Source: Thermoplasmata archaeon (GTDB lineage Archaea > Thermoplasmatota > Thermoplasmata > UBA10834). From it: a stretch of DNA of 64,000 bases. The notes beneath the pieces are model-generated. The model was not told the origin of the DNA. It was given only the letters and a program-made list of their open reading frames with translations, and searched no databases. Positions 28,313 to 36,747 of this stretch are shown here, piece by piece. The first letter of the stretch is position 1, and every line of letters starts with the position of its first letter. The stretch is from the NCBI GenBank assembly GCA_029864565.1, contig JAOTTD010000001.1, forward strand, positions 66,232 through 130,231. Direction: 5' to 3'. A program made the position numbers and the translations under genes.

Positions 28313-28351
28313 TATTTATATGCCATTTTCTCGTTGACTTCGAAGTCAACG
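28313..28351 (-). promoter_or_regulatory. TATA box plus upstream perfect 20-bp palindrome (candidate operator)
   Basis: TATAAATA at 28320-28313; CGTTGACTTCGAAGTCAACG at 28332-28351 is its own reverse complement. Confidence 0.7.
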
Positions 28352-28458
28352 TCTCTGGCTAGGCATCGCTTCCGCAGTTCTCACGCGTCGTCAGAAGCCG
28401 ACGTTCAGAAGCCGTTGGCTGAGCAGACAAGAATCTAATACCGCCACGTGGTTTCCTC

Positions 28459-29523
28459 ATGACGGGTACCTGCGAGATGTCGGAACGTCCTTCGAGAAAC
28501 ACGATTCATCGCATATTGGTGGGCAATTCACAGGAGATGAAGGAGGTCGAGTCGGCGTCCGTCGACCTCGTGGTGACCTCTCCGCCATACCCGATGATTG
28601 AGATGTGGGACGAGACCTTTTACCTGCTCAACAGAGACATAAGAGGGAGGATGCGGCAGGACGACGGGAGGGGTGCCCACGAACTGATGCATGATGAGCT
28701 CGACGCGGTGTGGAGAGAGGCCGATCGCGTGCTAAAGGACGGGGCCGTTGCATGCATCAACATCGGAGACGCCACCAGGACCATCGGAAGCCAGTTCCAG
28801 CTCTTCCCGAACCACACACGTGTGACTGAGCGATTCCGAGAGCTTGGATTCTTCAGCCTGCCATCCATCATCTGGAGGAAGCCCACAAACGCGCCGAATA
28901 AGTTCATGGGGTCTGGCATGCTTCCGCCAGGAGCGTACGTTACTTTGGAGCATGAGCACATCCTCGTATTCAGGAAGGGAGAGAGGCGGCGATTCGCTTC
29001 GGAGGCCGAGAAGGCCAACAGGAACGAGAGCGCCTTTTTTTGGGAGGAGAGAAACCTGTGGTTCTCGGATGTATGGACGAATCTCCGAGGAGTCAGTCAG
29101 AAGCTCGACCGCGACAATATCAGGAGGAGGAGTGGTGCGTTTCCGTTCGAGCTGCCGTACAGGCTAATCAATATGTACTCGGCGAAGCTCGACGTCGTAC
29201 TAGACCCGTTCCTCGGAACAGGGACAACGACGCTTGCGGCCATCGCATCCGCGAGGAACAGCATCGGGTATGAGATGGAGGGAGCCCTGCTTGGAGTTGT
29301 GAAAGAGAGGCTCGCCGGATTCGAGGACATCGCCAACGATTACATCGGCTGTAGGATCGCCGCACATAACGAGTTCGTCGCAGGACGGGATTGCGGGTTC
29401 GCCAACGAGCCTCACGGCTTCCGATGCACGAGCGCTCAGGAGACGGGCATGAGGTTCGATCACTTGGACTCCGTGGACGCGGCCGACCTCACAAACATCA
29501 GGGCCGTCTACAGTGAACTCTGA
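28459..29523 (+). CDS. Orphan beta-class N4-cytosine/N6-adenine DNA methyltransferase, M.MthZI/Zim-like
   Basis: DLVVTSPPY precedes DPFLGTGTT; KFMGSGMLPP.AYVT.EHE and FWEERN.WFSDVW match my recollection of M.MthZI; no restriction endonuclease gene adjacent. Confidence 0.85.
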   Translation: MTGTCEMSERPSRNTIHRILVGNSQEMKEVESASVDLVVTSPPYPMIEMWDETFYLLNRDIRGRMRQDDGRGAHELMHDELDAVWREADRVLKDGAVACINIGDATRTIGSQFQLFPNHTRVTERFRELGFFSLPSIIWRKPTNAPNKFMGSGMLPPGAYVTLEHEHILVFRKGERRRFASEAEKANRNESAFFWEERNLWFSDVWTNLRGVSQKLDRDNIRRRSGAFPFELPYRLINMYSAKLDVVLDPFLGTGTTTLAAIASARNSIGYEMEGALLGVVKERLAGFEDIANDYIGCRIAAHNEFVAGRDCGFANEPHGFRCTSAQETGMRFDHLDSVDAADLTNIRAVYSEL

Positions 29524-29531
29524 CGATGGAT

Positions 29532-31433
29532 TCAGTTGTCGCTCGAACTCACGACAGGCGGACTCGCCGTGATCGGAGCCGAGTGCGCATGACCCCCAGA
29601 TTCTGGCCAGCGTTCGAACACGTGTTCGAGCTTGTCGAGGATCATGTACGAGAGACCTCCGAGTAGCCCGATCATGACTGCTTGTGGTATAAACATCCAC
29701 CACCAGCCGCTAATGAGCCCGCCTTCGTTGTACGCATCGGTTATCACGCTAGCCCAACCCACGTCGATCAAGTCGCGGATGGAGAACATGAAGTTGCCGT
29801 GAGGAAGTAGCATCTCAACCATAACTGCGGACAAGAACCCGAACAAGACGACGAACTTGGTGATGTGCAGCGACCTGGCAATCACTCCAGGAAGGGGCAT
29901 CGTCGCGGCTCCCTCACGAATCTCCGATGCTATCTCGGCCAGAAGCGTCCTTGTAGCTTCGGCCTTGGCAAATGGCGCGGAAATCCAAGCAATGAACATA
30001 ACGATAAAAAGGGCGATAGAACTGCCCGTCAGGACCCCGGCGATTGACGACAATAAGAATATCAGCGCGATGAACACATCCGCGAGAATCCATACTACCC
30101 AGCTTATGGACCGCACCATCGTGATGTCGAGTCTCCTCGCGTAGCCACCGACAAAAGTGCTCGACATTCCTACCACCAGCGCTAGCGCGGCCACAATTAT
30201 CACGATGGAGATAGAATCCGCGGAATCGTACAGCAACATGCTATAGATGTCGCGACCCAAAGAATTGGTACCGAGTGGGTGAATTACCCCAGAGTCCGGC
30301 GATGGGCTAAGAGATGGCTCTGCAAGGATATCTCCCATTAATGAACTCGGGTCATATGGGTCCTTCACTGTTGCCAGCAAAGGCGCAAGAAGTGAGATCA
30401 CTATCAATAGAATGAAAGCCGCCATAGCGCACATGCCGGTCCGGCTCTTCCTGTATGCAGCCCACACACGCCTGATGGTCAGAAGGTTGATGTGCGTTCT
30501 AAATCCGGCGCGACGCCTACTAGTCTCAGCCTTCTCAGGCAAATGTCGCACGGAATGCGGTCCGGAAGCGAGAATGATTGTGATATCGAGAACGAGAAAC
30601 ATAATCAGCATAATCGAGCTTACAATGAATGCGCATGCCATGAAGACCGGGGGATCATACATTATTGAGCGGAACATCACGGCTCCAATCCCATCATATC
30701 TGGCGAGCGATTCAATCGCGAGAACGGAGGTCATCACAAGCGCGAGGAAGAATGACATTACTGCGGCGGTTCGCGACGTCGCCATAGCTCTCAAGGTGCG
30801 CCTCATGAAATTCACGCTCCGATCGGAGGACATAGGACGTACCACCCTCTCGAACACGAGGACAGCCGCGGCTGCGATGGATATCATGCAGGAGAGGAAA
30901 AGCGCTAATTCAAGGACACTTTCGACAGCGAGATCAGACCATTCATTAACCGCTAAGGTGAAGGCGAAGTATAACACGACGACCGGGAAGACGGCTAGAA
31001 CCAAGGCCACTACCCGCATGATCCTTCCGGGCGCACCTCCCAGGCGTCTTTCGGCCAGCCACGCGTAGCCGAATCCGGCGACGATAACAAAGGCGGTGAC
31101 GACAATCAACCGCACGGCAGTCGCGAAGACATCGTGGTAGATGAAATCGGAAGTTGATTCAAGAGGCCGCACGCCAGCAGATAGGAAGAATTCGCCCGAG
31201 ATCATCTTAACCATGAAATTGATGTATTGATCCCCTCTCGGTTCGCCAATCTTGAGGTCATCGAGTATGGCTTCGGTTCGGACGTCGGGGTCCAAAGGCC
31301 GCAGCCTTGCTTCATCGCCGACGACAAAGAACATCAGGTAGGTCAGCGTCAGAACCAGGAACACCGCTACGAGGAAGACCACTATCCTGCCAGCTATCAA
31401 GAGAAGGGTATTCCTATCCAAGGTCGCCACCAC
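29532..31433 (-). CDS. Divergent fused DppB+DppC-like ABC permease
   Basis: N-half QYINF..GEF, IESLARYDGIG, DPPVFMA; C-half APLLA..DPY, HPLGTNSLGRDIYSMLLY, GWASVI, WWWMFIP. Confidence 0.7.
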   Translation of the reverse strand: MVATLDRNTLLLIAGRIVVFLVAVFLVLTLTYLMFFVVGDEARLRPLDPDVRTEAILDDLKIGEPRGDQYINFMVKMISGEFFLSAGVRPLESTSDFIYHDVFATAVRLIVVTAFVIVAGFGYAWLAERRLGGAPGRIMRVVALVLAVFPVVVLYFAFTLAVNEWSDLAVESVLELALFLSCMISIAAAAVLVFERVVRPMSSDRSVNFMRRTLRAMATSRTAAVMSFFLALVMTSVLAIESLARYDGIGAVMFRSIMYDPPVFMACAFIVSSIMLIMFLVLDITIILASGPHSVRHLPEKAETSRRRAGFRTHINLLTIRRVWAAYRKSRTGMCAMAAFILLIVISLLAPLLATVKDPYDPSSLMGDILAEPSLSPSPDSGVIHPLGTNSLGRDIYSMLLYDSADSISIVIIVAALALVVGMSSTFVGGYARRLDITMVRSISWVVWILADVFIALIFLLSSIAGVLTGSSIALFIVMFIAWISAPFAKAEATRTLLAEIASEIREGAATMPLPGVIARSLHITKFVVLFGFLSAVMVEMLLPHGNFMFSIRDLIDVGWASVITDAYNEGGLISGWWWMFIPQAVMIGLLGGLSYMILDKLEHVFERWPESGGHAHSAPITASPPVVSSSDN

Positions 31434-31539
31434 CCACCAGGTTCTCGGCTAGTCGCACCTTCACTAATCAGGGCTAGGGCTAATAAGAATTCCCATGGAT
31501 TACCTGTCAAGGATGACATCGCTGCATAGCGGTGAGATG

Positions 31540-32937
31540 CTAAGGTTTGTCAAGTTCCGATGGCTCCAGCTTCAAGCCGATGGCAGCCATGTCCCGCTTG
31601 TACCTCTTGATGAGCGCGGCGTATTCCTTGCTCGGCCTCCTCTTCGTGGCGTTCCAGCACTCCTGGAGCGGCTTGCCGAGAGGCGGCGATGTGAGCTTGC
31701 GCTCGTACTTCTTCAGCAGCTTCTTGGCCATCTCGTTCGCGTCGGACCGCTTCATCCCAGCGACGGCGTGTCCTACCTCGGCCGATATCCTCGGCTCGAC
31801 CGGCGTTACACGATCCTCGTACTTGTTCGTCGCGACCCCGACAGATTCCATCGACAATCCGGAGACGACGGCGGCCATGACAGAGGCGGATGTCTCGTAC
31901 AGGCACATTGGCGTGCACGGACCCGCTGCAGTGTAGTTGAGGCTTATGCTGAGCAGATCGGTGTTTCTGCTTATCGCCTGCCCCATTGTGCTGATGGTCC
32001 ACAGCATCTCCCTGCTGCTGTTGGATACGTAGCGGAGATGCAGAGGGAACGGTATGAGATAGCTCGTCTGCAGCGTGAGCACGCCCATCAGGTGCGTCGC
32101 CACCGTCCCGACCGCAGTGCCCTCGGGTCCGCCCGAGTAACCCCCCAGCAACGGCGAGAAGTCCATACCGATCGGAGCGCCAATAGAATGCGCGATGACA
32201 GCCTTGTTCAGCCTGGCGAAGTCTACCTTCATAGGGTCCATGCTGGCAATCATGAATCCGTCGGACGGTCTGAGGCCGAACCTCGGATGAACAGCCGCGG
32301 CGAGCGATACGTCGGACTCCGCCGTTGCGAGCGTGTTCATGAAGGGCTTGCCCTCCCGGCCCACTCGATTGCACGCCTCCCTGCCCAATGTGGCGTTCCT
32401 CATCGTCGCATAGAGCTCCAGAGGCGAAGCGGGTCTCACACGCATTCCGCTGACCCTAGTTAGCGCGGGCGTGGTAATCGAGTTGGTCTGCGGTATCTCC
32501 GCGAAGCCTTCCATCAGCGTCAGGAACGACTCGTCACTGGAGACTGGCCCTCCGGCAGCCCCCAACAGGCACCATGGCGGTGTCTTGTCCCCGATCTTCC
32601 TGGGGACCATCGCTTTCCTGTCACGGCCTTCACCGAAGAACACCTTGGATGGCGCGTTCCGCAATGCCTCGCGCACTTCGGATTCGGTAAAGGATATCAC
32701 CCTGCTGCTGTCCATACAGTACGCGCCCACATCGACCAAGAGTTCGAGGCCTGCCTCGAAAAGGTCGTCTGCGATGGAGTTTTCGTTCGGGATCGGATTC
32801 TCCGAATCGAACTCTATCTTGTACTCCCTGACCTTCTCCGCCACCTTGGGGGCGTATCTCCTCAGCTGATAGTCGTTCTCACTCAACGGAACGCCGTTGA
32901 GAGCCTTCTCCATGACATCGAGTACTTGCACCATCAC
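31540..32937 (-). CDS. MtmB-family (monomethylamine:corrinoid methyltransferase-like) protein lacking pyrrolysine
   Basis: LFEAGLELL..VGAYC.DSSRVI.FTESE, SPLEL, GREG, GGYSGGPEG, PCTPMCLYE, TPVEPR, FQECW-like LQECW; Met at the Pyl-equivalent position; no internal TAG. Confidence 0.88.
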   Translation of the reverse strand: MMVQVLDVMEKALNGVPLSENDYQLRRYAPKVAEKVREYKIEFDSENPIPNENSIADDLFEAGLELLVDVGAYCMDSSRVISFTESEVREALRNAPSKVFFGEGRDRKAMVPRKIGDKTPPWCLLGAAGGPVSSDESFLTLMEGFAEIPQTNSITTPALTRVSGMRVRPASPLELYATMRNATLGREACNRVGREGKPFMNTLATAESDVSLAAAVHPRFGLRPSDGFMIASMDPMKVDFARLNKAVIAHSIGAPIGMDFSPLLGGYSGGPEGTAVGTVATHLMGVLTLQTSYLIPFPLHLRYVSNSSREMLWTISTMGQAISRNTDLLSISLNYTAAGPCTPMCLYETSASVMAAVVSGLSMESVGVATNKYEDRVTPVEPRISAEVGHAVAGMKRSDANEMAKKLLKKYERKLTSPPLGKPLQECWNATKRRPSKEYAALIKRYKRDMAAIGLKLEPSELDKP

Positions 32938-33006
32938 ATATCCCCCTGGCTCCTAAGGCCGAACACGACAGAGCTTGTACGAGATAAAACCTTTGTCATC
33001 CAGGGT

Positions 33007-33762
33007 TCAAAACAGGATCGAAAGACATGTGAGCGCGCCGTCGCACTTCTCAAATTCGCTGACATCCACGGGTATCACTTTGAACCCGGCGCTCTCCACC
33101 AGGCGCTGCGATTCCCTGCGGCCCGCTGGCATGAGGACGGTGTCGTCGATTGCGAGGGTGTCGGCGGCGTACTCCTCCCCCTTTGGGACGACGATGACGT
33201 CCATGCCACGCAAAGCGGGATGGTTTGAGTACTTCTCCGTGGCTATGAGGGTCCCCTCTCCGAGGTAGGTCACGTGACTCTTCAGATGCATCATCTCCTC
33301 ATCCTCGATCGCATCGACCTTCACAGCGAGCCACTCACCCATCAGACGGATCCCTTCGGCGTTCGTACGCTGGCTCAGACCGCTGATCAGGCGATCGGGA
33401 AGATGCACGACGTCGCCTCCTTCCACAGTCGCAGGAGCCTCAGCCCGCCTGGTGGAGAGGTAGTCCTCCAGCTTAGCCTCCACCGCGTCTTCCTCTCCCC
33501 TCCGACTGGGCGCGCCCATCCGGGTGATGAGCGCCTTTGGCCCATGCACAACTGCGCAGTCCTCGACGAAACACGAATCCGGGTGAAAGTCATCCTGCGG
33601 AAGCACGATGACTTCCAGGCCGAGGTCTGCGAGGATCGCTTTGTAGACCGCATGCTGCTCGCGAGCTTTCTTCAGGTCTACCGTGCCGCGCATCGGATGG
33701 CATGACAGACATTTGACATAGTTCGCACCCGGAGGGCGGATGAGCGCCTTTCTGTACTTCAT
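33007..33762 (-). CDS. Dimethylarginine dimethylaminohydrolase (DDAH)-like amidinohydrolase
   Basis: PDSCFVED, SRRGE, EGGDV, RTN, MHLKS, DGALTCLS: the DDAH catalytic Glu/His/Cys set; about 250 aa; ATG at 33762. Confidence 0.87.
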   Translation of the reverse strand: MKYRKALIRPPGANYVKCLSCHPMRGTVDLKKAREQHAVYKAILADLGLEVIVLPQDDFHPDSCFVEDCAVVHGPKALITRMGAPSRRGEEDAVEAKLEDYLSTRRAEAPATVEGGDVVHLPDRLISGLSQRTNAEGIRLMGEWLAVKVDAIEDEEMMHLKSHVTYLGEGTLIATEKYSNHPALRGMDVIVVPKGEEYAADTLAIDDTVLMPAGRRESQRLVESAGFKVIPVDVSEFEKCDGALTCLSILF

Positions 33763-33802
33763 GATTATCACCAATCGCTCGAGTTAGCAGGGAGTCAGAC
33801 GC

Positions 33803-34231
33803 TCAATCCCGGCCCTTCTGCTCGGCCTTCGCCTCCTTCTTCAGCCTCTTCTCCTCGGCCTTCGCCTTCTTCTTTACAGCCTTGCTGTCGGGTTCCTTCA
33901 CTCGTGGCAGCTCCGAGGGCGGTGCCTGGGGCGCCGGCCGTTTCTCGGCGGAATCCACGGGCTTTTCGTATGCGACGGAAAGCTGGCTGTCGCGGGCCGA
34001 TGGCTCGGACGCCTCCTCATCGGTAACCCTCGCAGCAATCAGCCGCCAGGCCAGAAGCAACACTAGGACGAACAGCCCAACCCCGAGGAAGGTCAGAAGG
34101 TACCACGGCTTCGGCTCCATGACCGCATAGATTATGGCGATAACCGCTGCGGCTATGAGCCCTCCCAACACCTTCTTGAACACGTCCTTTGTGTCCTCTC
34201 CTGTCCAGGGCATCGCGATGGCGAATGCCAT
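33803..34231 (-). CDS. Two-TM membrane protein with Lys/Ala/Glu-rich tail
   Basis: Two hydrophobic helices, then KKKAKAEEKRLKKEAKAE. Confidence 0.7.
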   Translation of the reverse strand: MAFAIAMPWTGEDTKDVFKKVLGGLIAAAVIAIIYAVMEPKPWYLLTFLGVGLFVLVLLLAWRLIAARVTDEEASEPSARDSQLSVAYEKPVDSAEKRPAPQAPPSELPRVKEPDSKAVKKKAKAEEKRLKKEAKAEQKGRD

Positions 34232-34301
34232 TTGTCTGTATTAATTATGAGCCCAGGAGAGACCCAAAAAACCATTTCAGATGAGGTTGGTATCGTAGCG
34301 G

Positions 34302-35414
34302 ATGCTTAAGAGAGATATCAACCGCGCCGTGGAACAGTCAACCAGGAGACTCTTCAAGGTTGCGGTCCCGCCCGTGAAGTTCTGGCTCCTGACCTATGTG
34401 ATGGGGAAAGGCATTGAGGATCACGAGGTGCAGAAGGCTCTGGAAGAAACCAAGAAGTACGGTCCTAGGGTGAAGTTGCTCGACAAGCTCAGGGAGGACG
34501 GAACCTGGCCAATCTCGAGTCAGAGGAAGGCGGAGGAGAATGCCGGTCCTGGACCGCCGTACGGCTGGACATACATCACCATGCTCAGAAATCTGTTCTG
34601 GCTCATCGAGTACTGCGCGGACCCCGATGAGGGATACATCGAGGAATCCCTGGACAAGATACTATCATGGCAGGATGACGAGGGGTTCATCAAGGGGCCA
34701 ATGGATGACATGATACCCCGGCCCCACTACAACGGGTTCGCGTTGGCGGTCCTGAGAGGATTCGGCAGGAAACGAACGGAGCCCGGAATAAGCCGGATAG
34801 CGGACTGGCTCTTCCGAAGCCAACGTGCCGACGGCGGCTGGAACATCCCGTACCTCCAAGATATGCGGTACCTTCCCGAGTACAAGTCCATGAAGCTTGG
34901 GAAATTCAAGGAGATGGTCAGCCAGGGCAAGACAGTCGAGTACGCAGCCGAGGATTATGATCATATCCCGAGCTGCTATTGGACCACGGTCGGCGTTCTC
35001 AGGGGCTTGGGGTGGATTCCGAGTCACGAGCGCATCAACGACTCGAGGCGCGGCGGGAGCTTCGTTCTCAACGGCTTCTTCAAGAGGAACTATCATCCGG
35101 GATTCTACAAATCTGAGATCAACTGGAGGGTCCTCAAGTTCCCTACATACTACGGGAGTGGATTGACTGCCCTCGACTCCCTTGTCTACTTGGGTTTCGG
35201 GCCGGAGGAACATAGAATGGAAATGCCCATTAGATGGCTCCTCAGCGCCCGAGCGAAAGACGGTTTCTGGTACCAGACCGAACGCCCACACGCTCTGAAT
35301 GACCAGTGGCTCACAGTCGTAACATTGTGTGTTCTTTCGTTCTACTCGAGAGACCGAGGACAGTGGGCAATGAGTGAGACGGAGGGCCCATTATACCAGC
35401 TCAGAGTGCAGTGA
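34302..35414 (+). CDS. Alpha/alpha-toroid protein with QW-like (prenyltransferase/squalene cyclase) repeats, function unknown
   Basis: REDGTW, WQDDEGF, SQRADGGW, AKDGFW repeats; KFPxYY; no DxDD cyclase motif seen. Confidence 0.65.
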   Translation: MLKRDINRAVEQSTRRLFKVAVPPVKFWLLTYVMGKGIEDHEVQKALEETKKYGPRVKLLDKLREDGTWPISSQRKAEENAGPGPPYGWTYITMLRNLFWLIEYCADPDEGYIEESLDKILSWQDDEGFIKGPMDDMIPRPHYNGFALAVLRGFGRKRTEPGISRIADWLFRSQRADGGWNIPYLQDMRYLPEYKSMKLGKFKEMVSQGKTVEYAAEDYDHIPSCYWTTVGVLRGLGWIPSHERINDSRRGGSFVLNGFFKRNYHPGFYKSEINWRVLKFPTYYGSGLTALDSLVYLGFGPEEHRMEMPIRWLLSARAKDGFWYQTERPHALNDQWLTVVTLCVLSFYSRDRGQWAMSETEGPLYQLRVQ

Positions 35415-36558
35415 TTTCCTCCCTGACATCGAGATGCTTCGCCGGCAGCCTCGAGACATATTTCTCGACTGGCAATTGCTCGGGCACCAGCACGCCCTTG
35501 TCTGATATCTCACCCGACAGCATCATCTCGGCCGCGACCGCGCCTCCGGTCCCGACGAAATAGCCGGTGGCGTTGCTCTTCGCAAGCTCGTAGGCCTTCT
35601 CGTGCGACATCGTGGACCACACCTTGGCCTGAACCCTCTTACCGTCCTTCTGCCCTATAACCTCCACGACAATTCCCGCGAACCCTTTCACCTTGCCAAT
35701 CATGTCCACGGGTCGCGGCATCAGGGATACGACAACATCCAATGGGCGCACCTTCACCCCCTTGACATCGATTGGCTTCAGACTGTGCAACCCCAGCTTG
35801 CGGAGGGTGTTGACTACATGGACGAAATTGTCGTCGACAGCGATTCTGAAGTCTGCGTACTTCAGCCCGTCGATGAACTGAGACATCAGGAACGTCTCCT
35901 CATGGACGGTGTTGTACACCGGTAGCGGTCCCACTGGTTCCGGGAAGTCATACATCTGCCTCTCGCTCAGCGGAGGGACATAAGTCATCTTCCCATCCTT
36001 GTACACGGCCGCGGGCACGGTCACCTCCTCGATCATCTCTGCGGGCGACCAAAGACTGAAGAAATCGTAGCCTTCGGCCACCGCGCTGTCACCGTCCATG
36101 ACCCGGGCGCTCTCGGCGCTGTCGAGCTTGTTCGCGGCGTAGCGGGCGAATATGTCCGATATGCCGGGGTCCGCGCCCATGGATGTCAGTATTGTGACGC
36201 CGCGGTCCTTGCTCTTACGGTCCATCTCCTCGAACTCCTCCATTGAATTGACCGACATAGAGTAGTCGATGTAGTCGATTCCAAGCTCAATCGACATCTC
36301 GATGACCTTCTTGTTCAGCTCGGCAGGGATGGAACTTATCAGCAACTCGCTGCCTGTCAGAAGCTTGCGGAGTGCCCGCGCATCGGTCGCGTCGACCTTC
36401 TCAACAGATATCTTGCTGCTATCCAACCGCTTCGCCATGGCATCCGCGGCGTCTGTCCGCGCATCGGCCAAAACAATATTGTCTACTTGTCGGTTCTTCG
36501 CGAGGTGTTCAGCGCACACAAGCCCAGTTATTCCGCATCCTAGTTGCACCAATTTCAT
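35401..36558 (-). CDS. Saccharopine dehydrogenase family protein (carboxy(nor)spermidine dehydrogenase-like)
   Basis: GCGITG Rossmann motif, YIDYS, MGADPGISD, WSP..IEE, HEE, GVLVPEQL. Confidence 0.8.
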   Translation of the reverse strand: MKLVQLGCGITGLVCAEHLAKNRQVDNIVLADARTDAADAMAKRLDSSKISVEKVDATDARALRKLLTGSELLISSIPAELNKKVIEMSIELGIDYIDYSMSVNSMEEFEEMDRKSKDRGVTILTSMGADPGISDIFARYAANKLDSAESARVMDGDSAVAEGYDFFSLWSPAEMIEEVTVPAAVYKDGKMTYVPPLSERQMYDFPEPVGPLPVYNTVHEETFLMSQFIDGLKYADFRIAVDDNFVHVVNTLRKLGLHSLKPIDVKGVKVRPLDVVVSLMPRPVDMIGKVKGFAGIVVEVIGQKDGKRVQAKVWSTMSHEKAYELAKSNATGYFVGTGGAVAAEMMLSGEISDKGVLVPEQLPVEKYVSRLPAKHLDVREEITAL

Positions 36559-36747
36559 TATGTCGAACCATCTGGACCCCCATGATTGTATGAGCCTAAT
36601 AGATGTTTGCCAAATGCTGTGCGAGAGGCGCTCGTTGCACCAGCCTTACCATATATTTGATGCAATGCATTCCATTGCGAGAATGCATTCTTGCGTTAGA
36701 CGAGAGGGTGCACCACAGTTTTTACCCCCGAACAGGCATTCTCGAAC

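Noticed and set aside
28391-28414. 10-bp direct repeat TCAGAAGCCG upstream of the methyltransferase
   Set aside because: Only two short copies with a 4-nt spacer; not a CRISPR or iteron array and plausibly chance.
31540-31542. TAG at the end of the mtmB homologue as a possible pyrrolysine codon
   Set aside because: It falls at the natural C-terminus (465 aa, full MtmB length). TAG also ends tbp, rpl15e, oppA and many other genes here, and no pyl genes are in the window.
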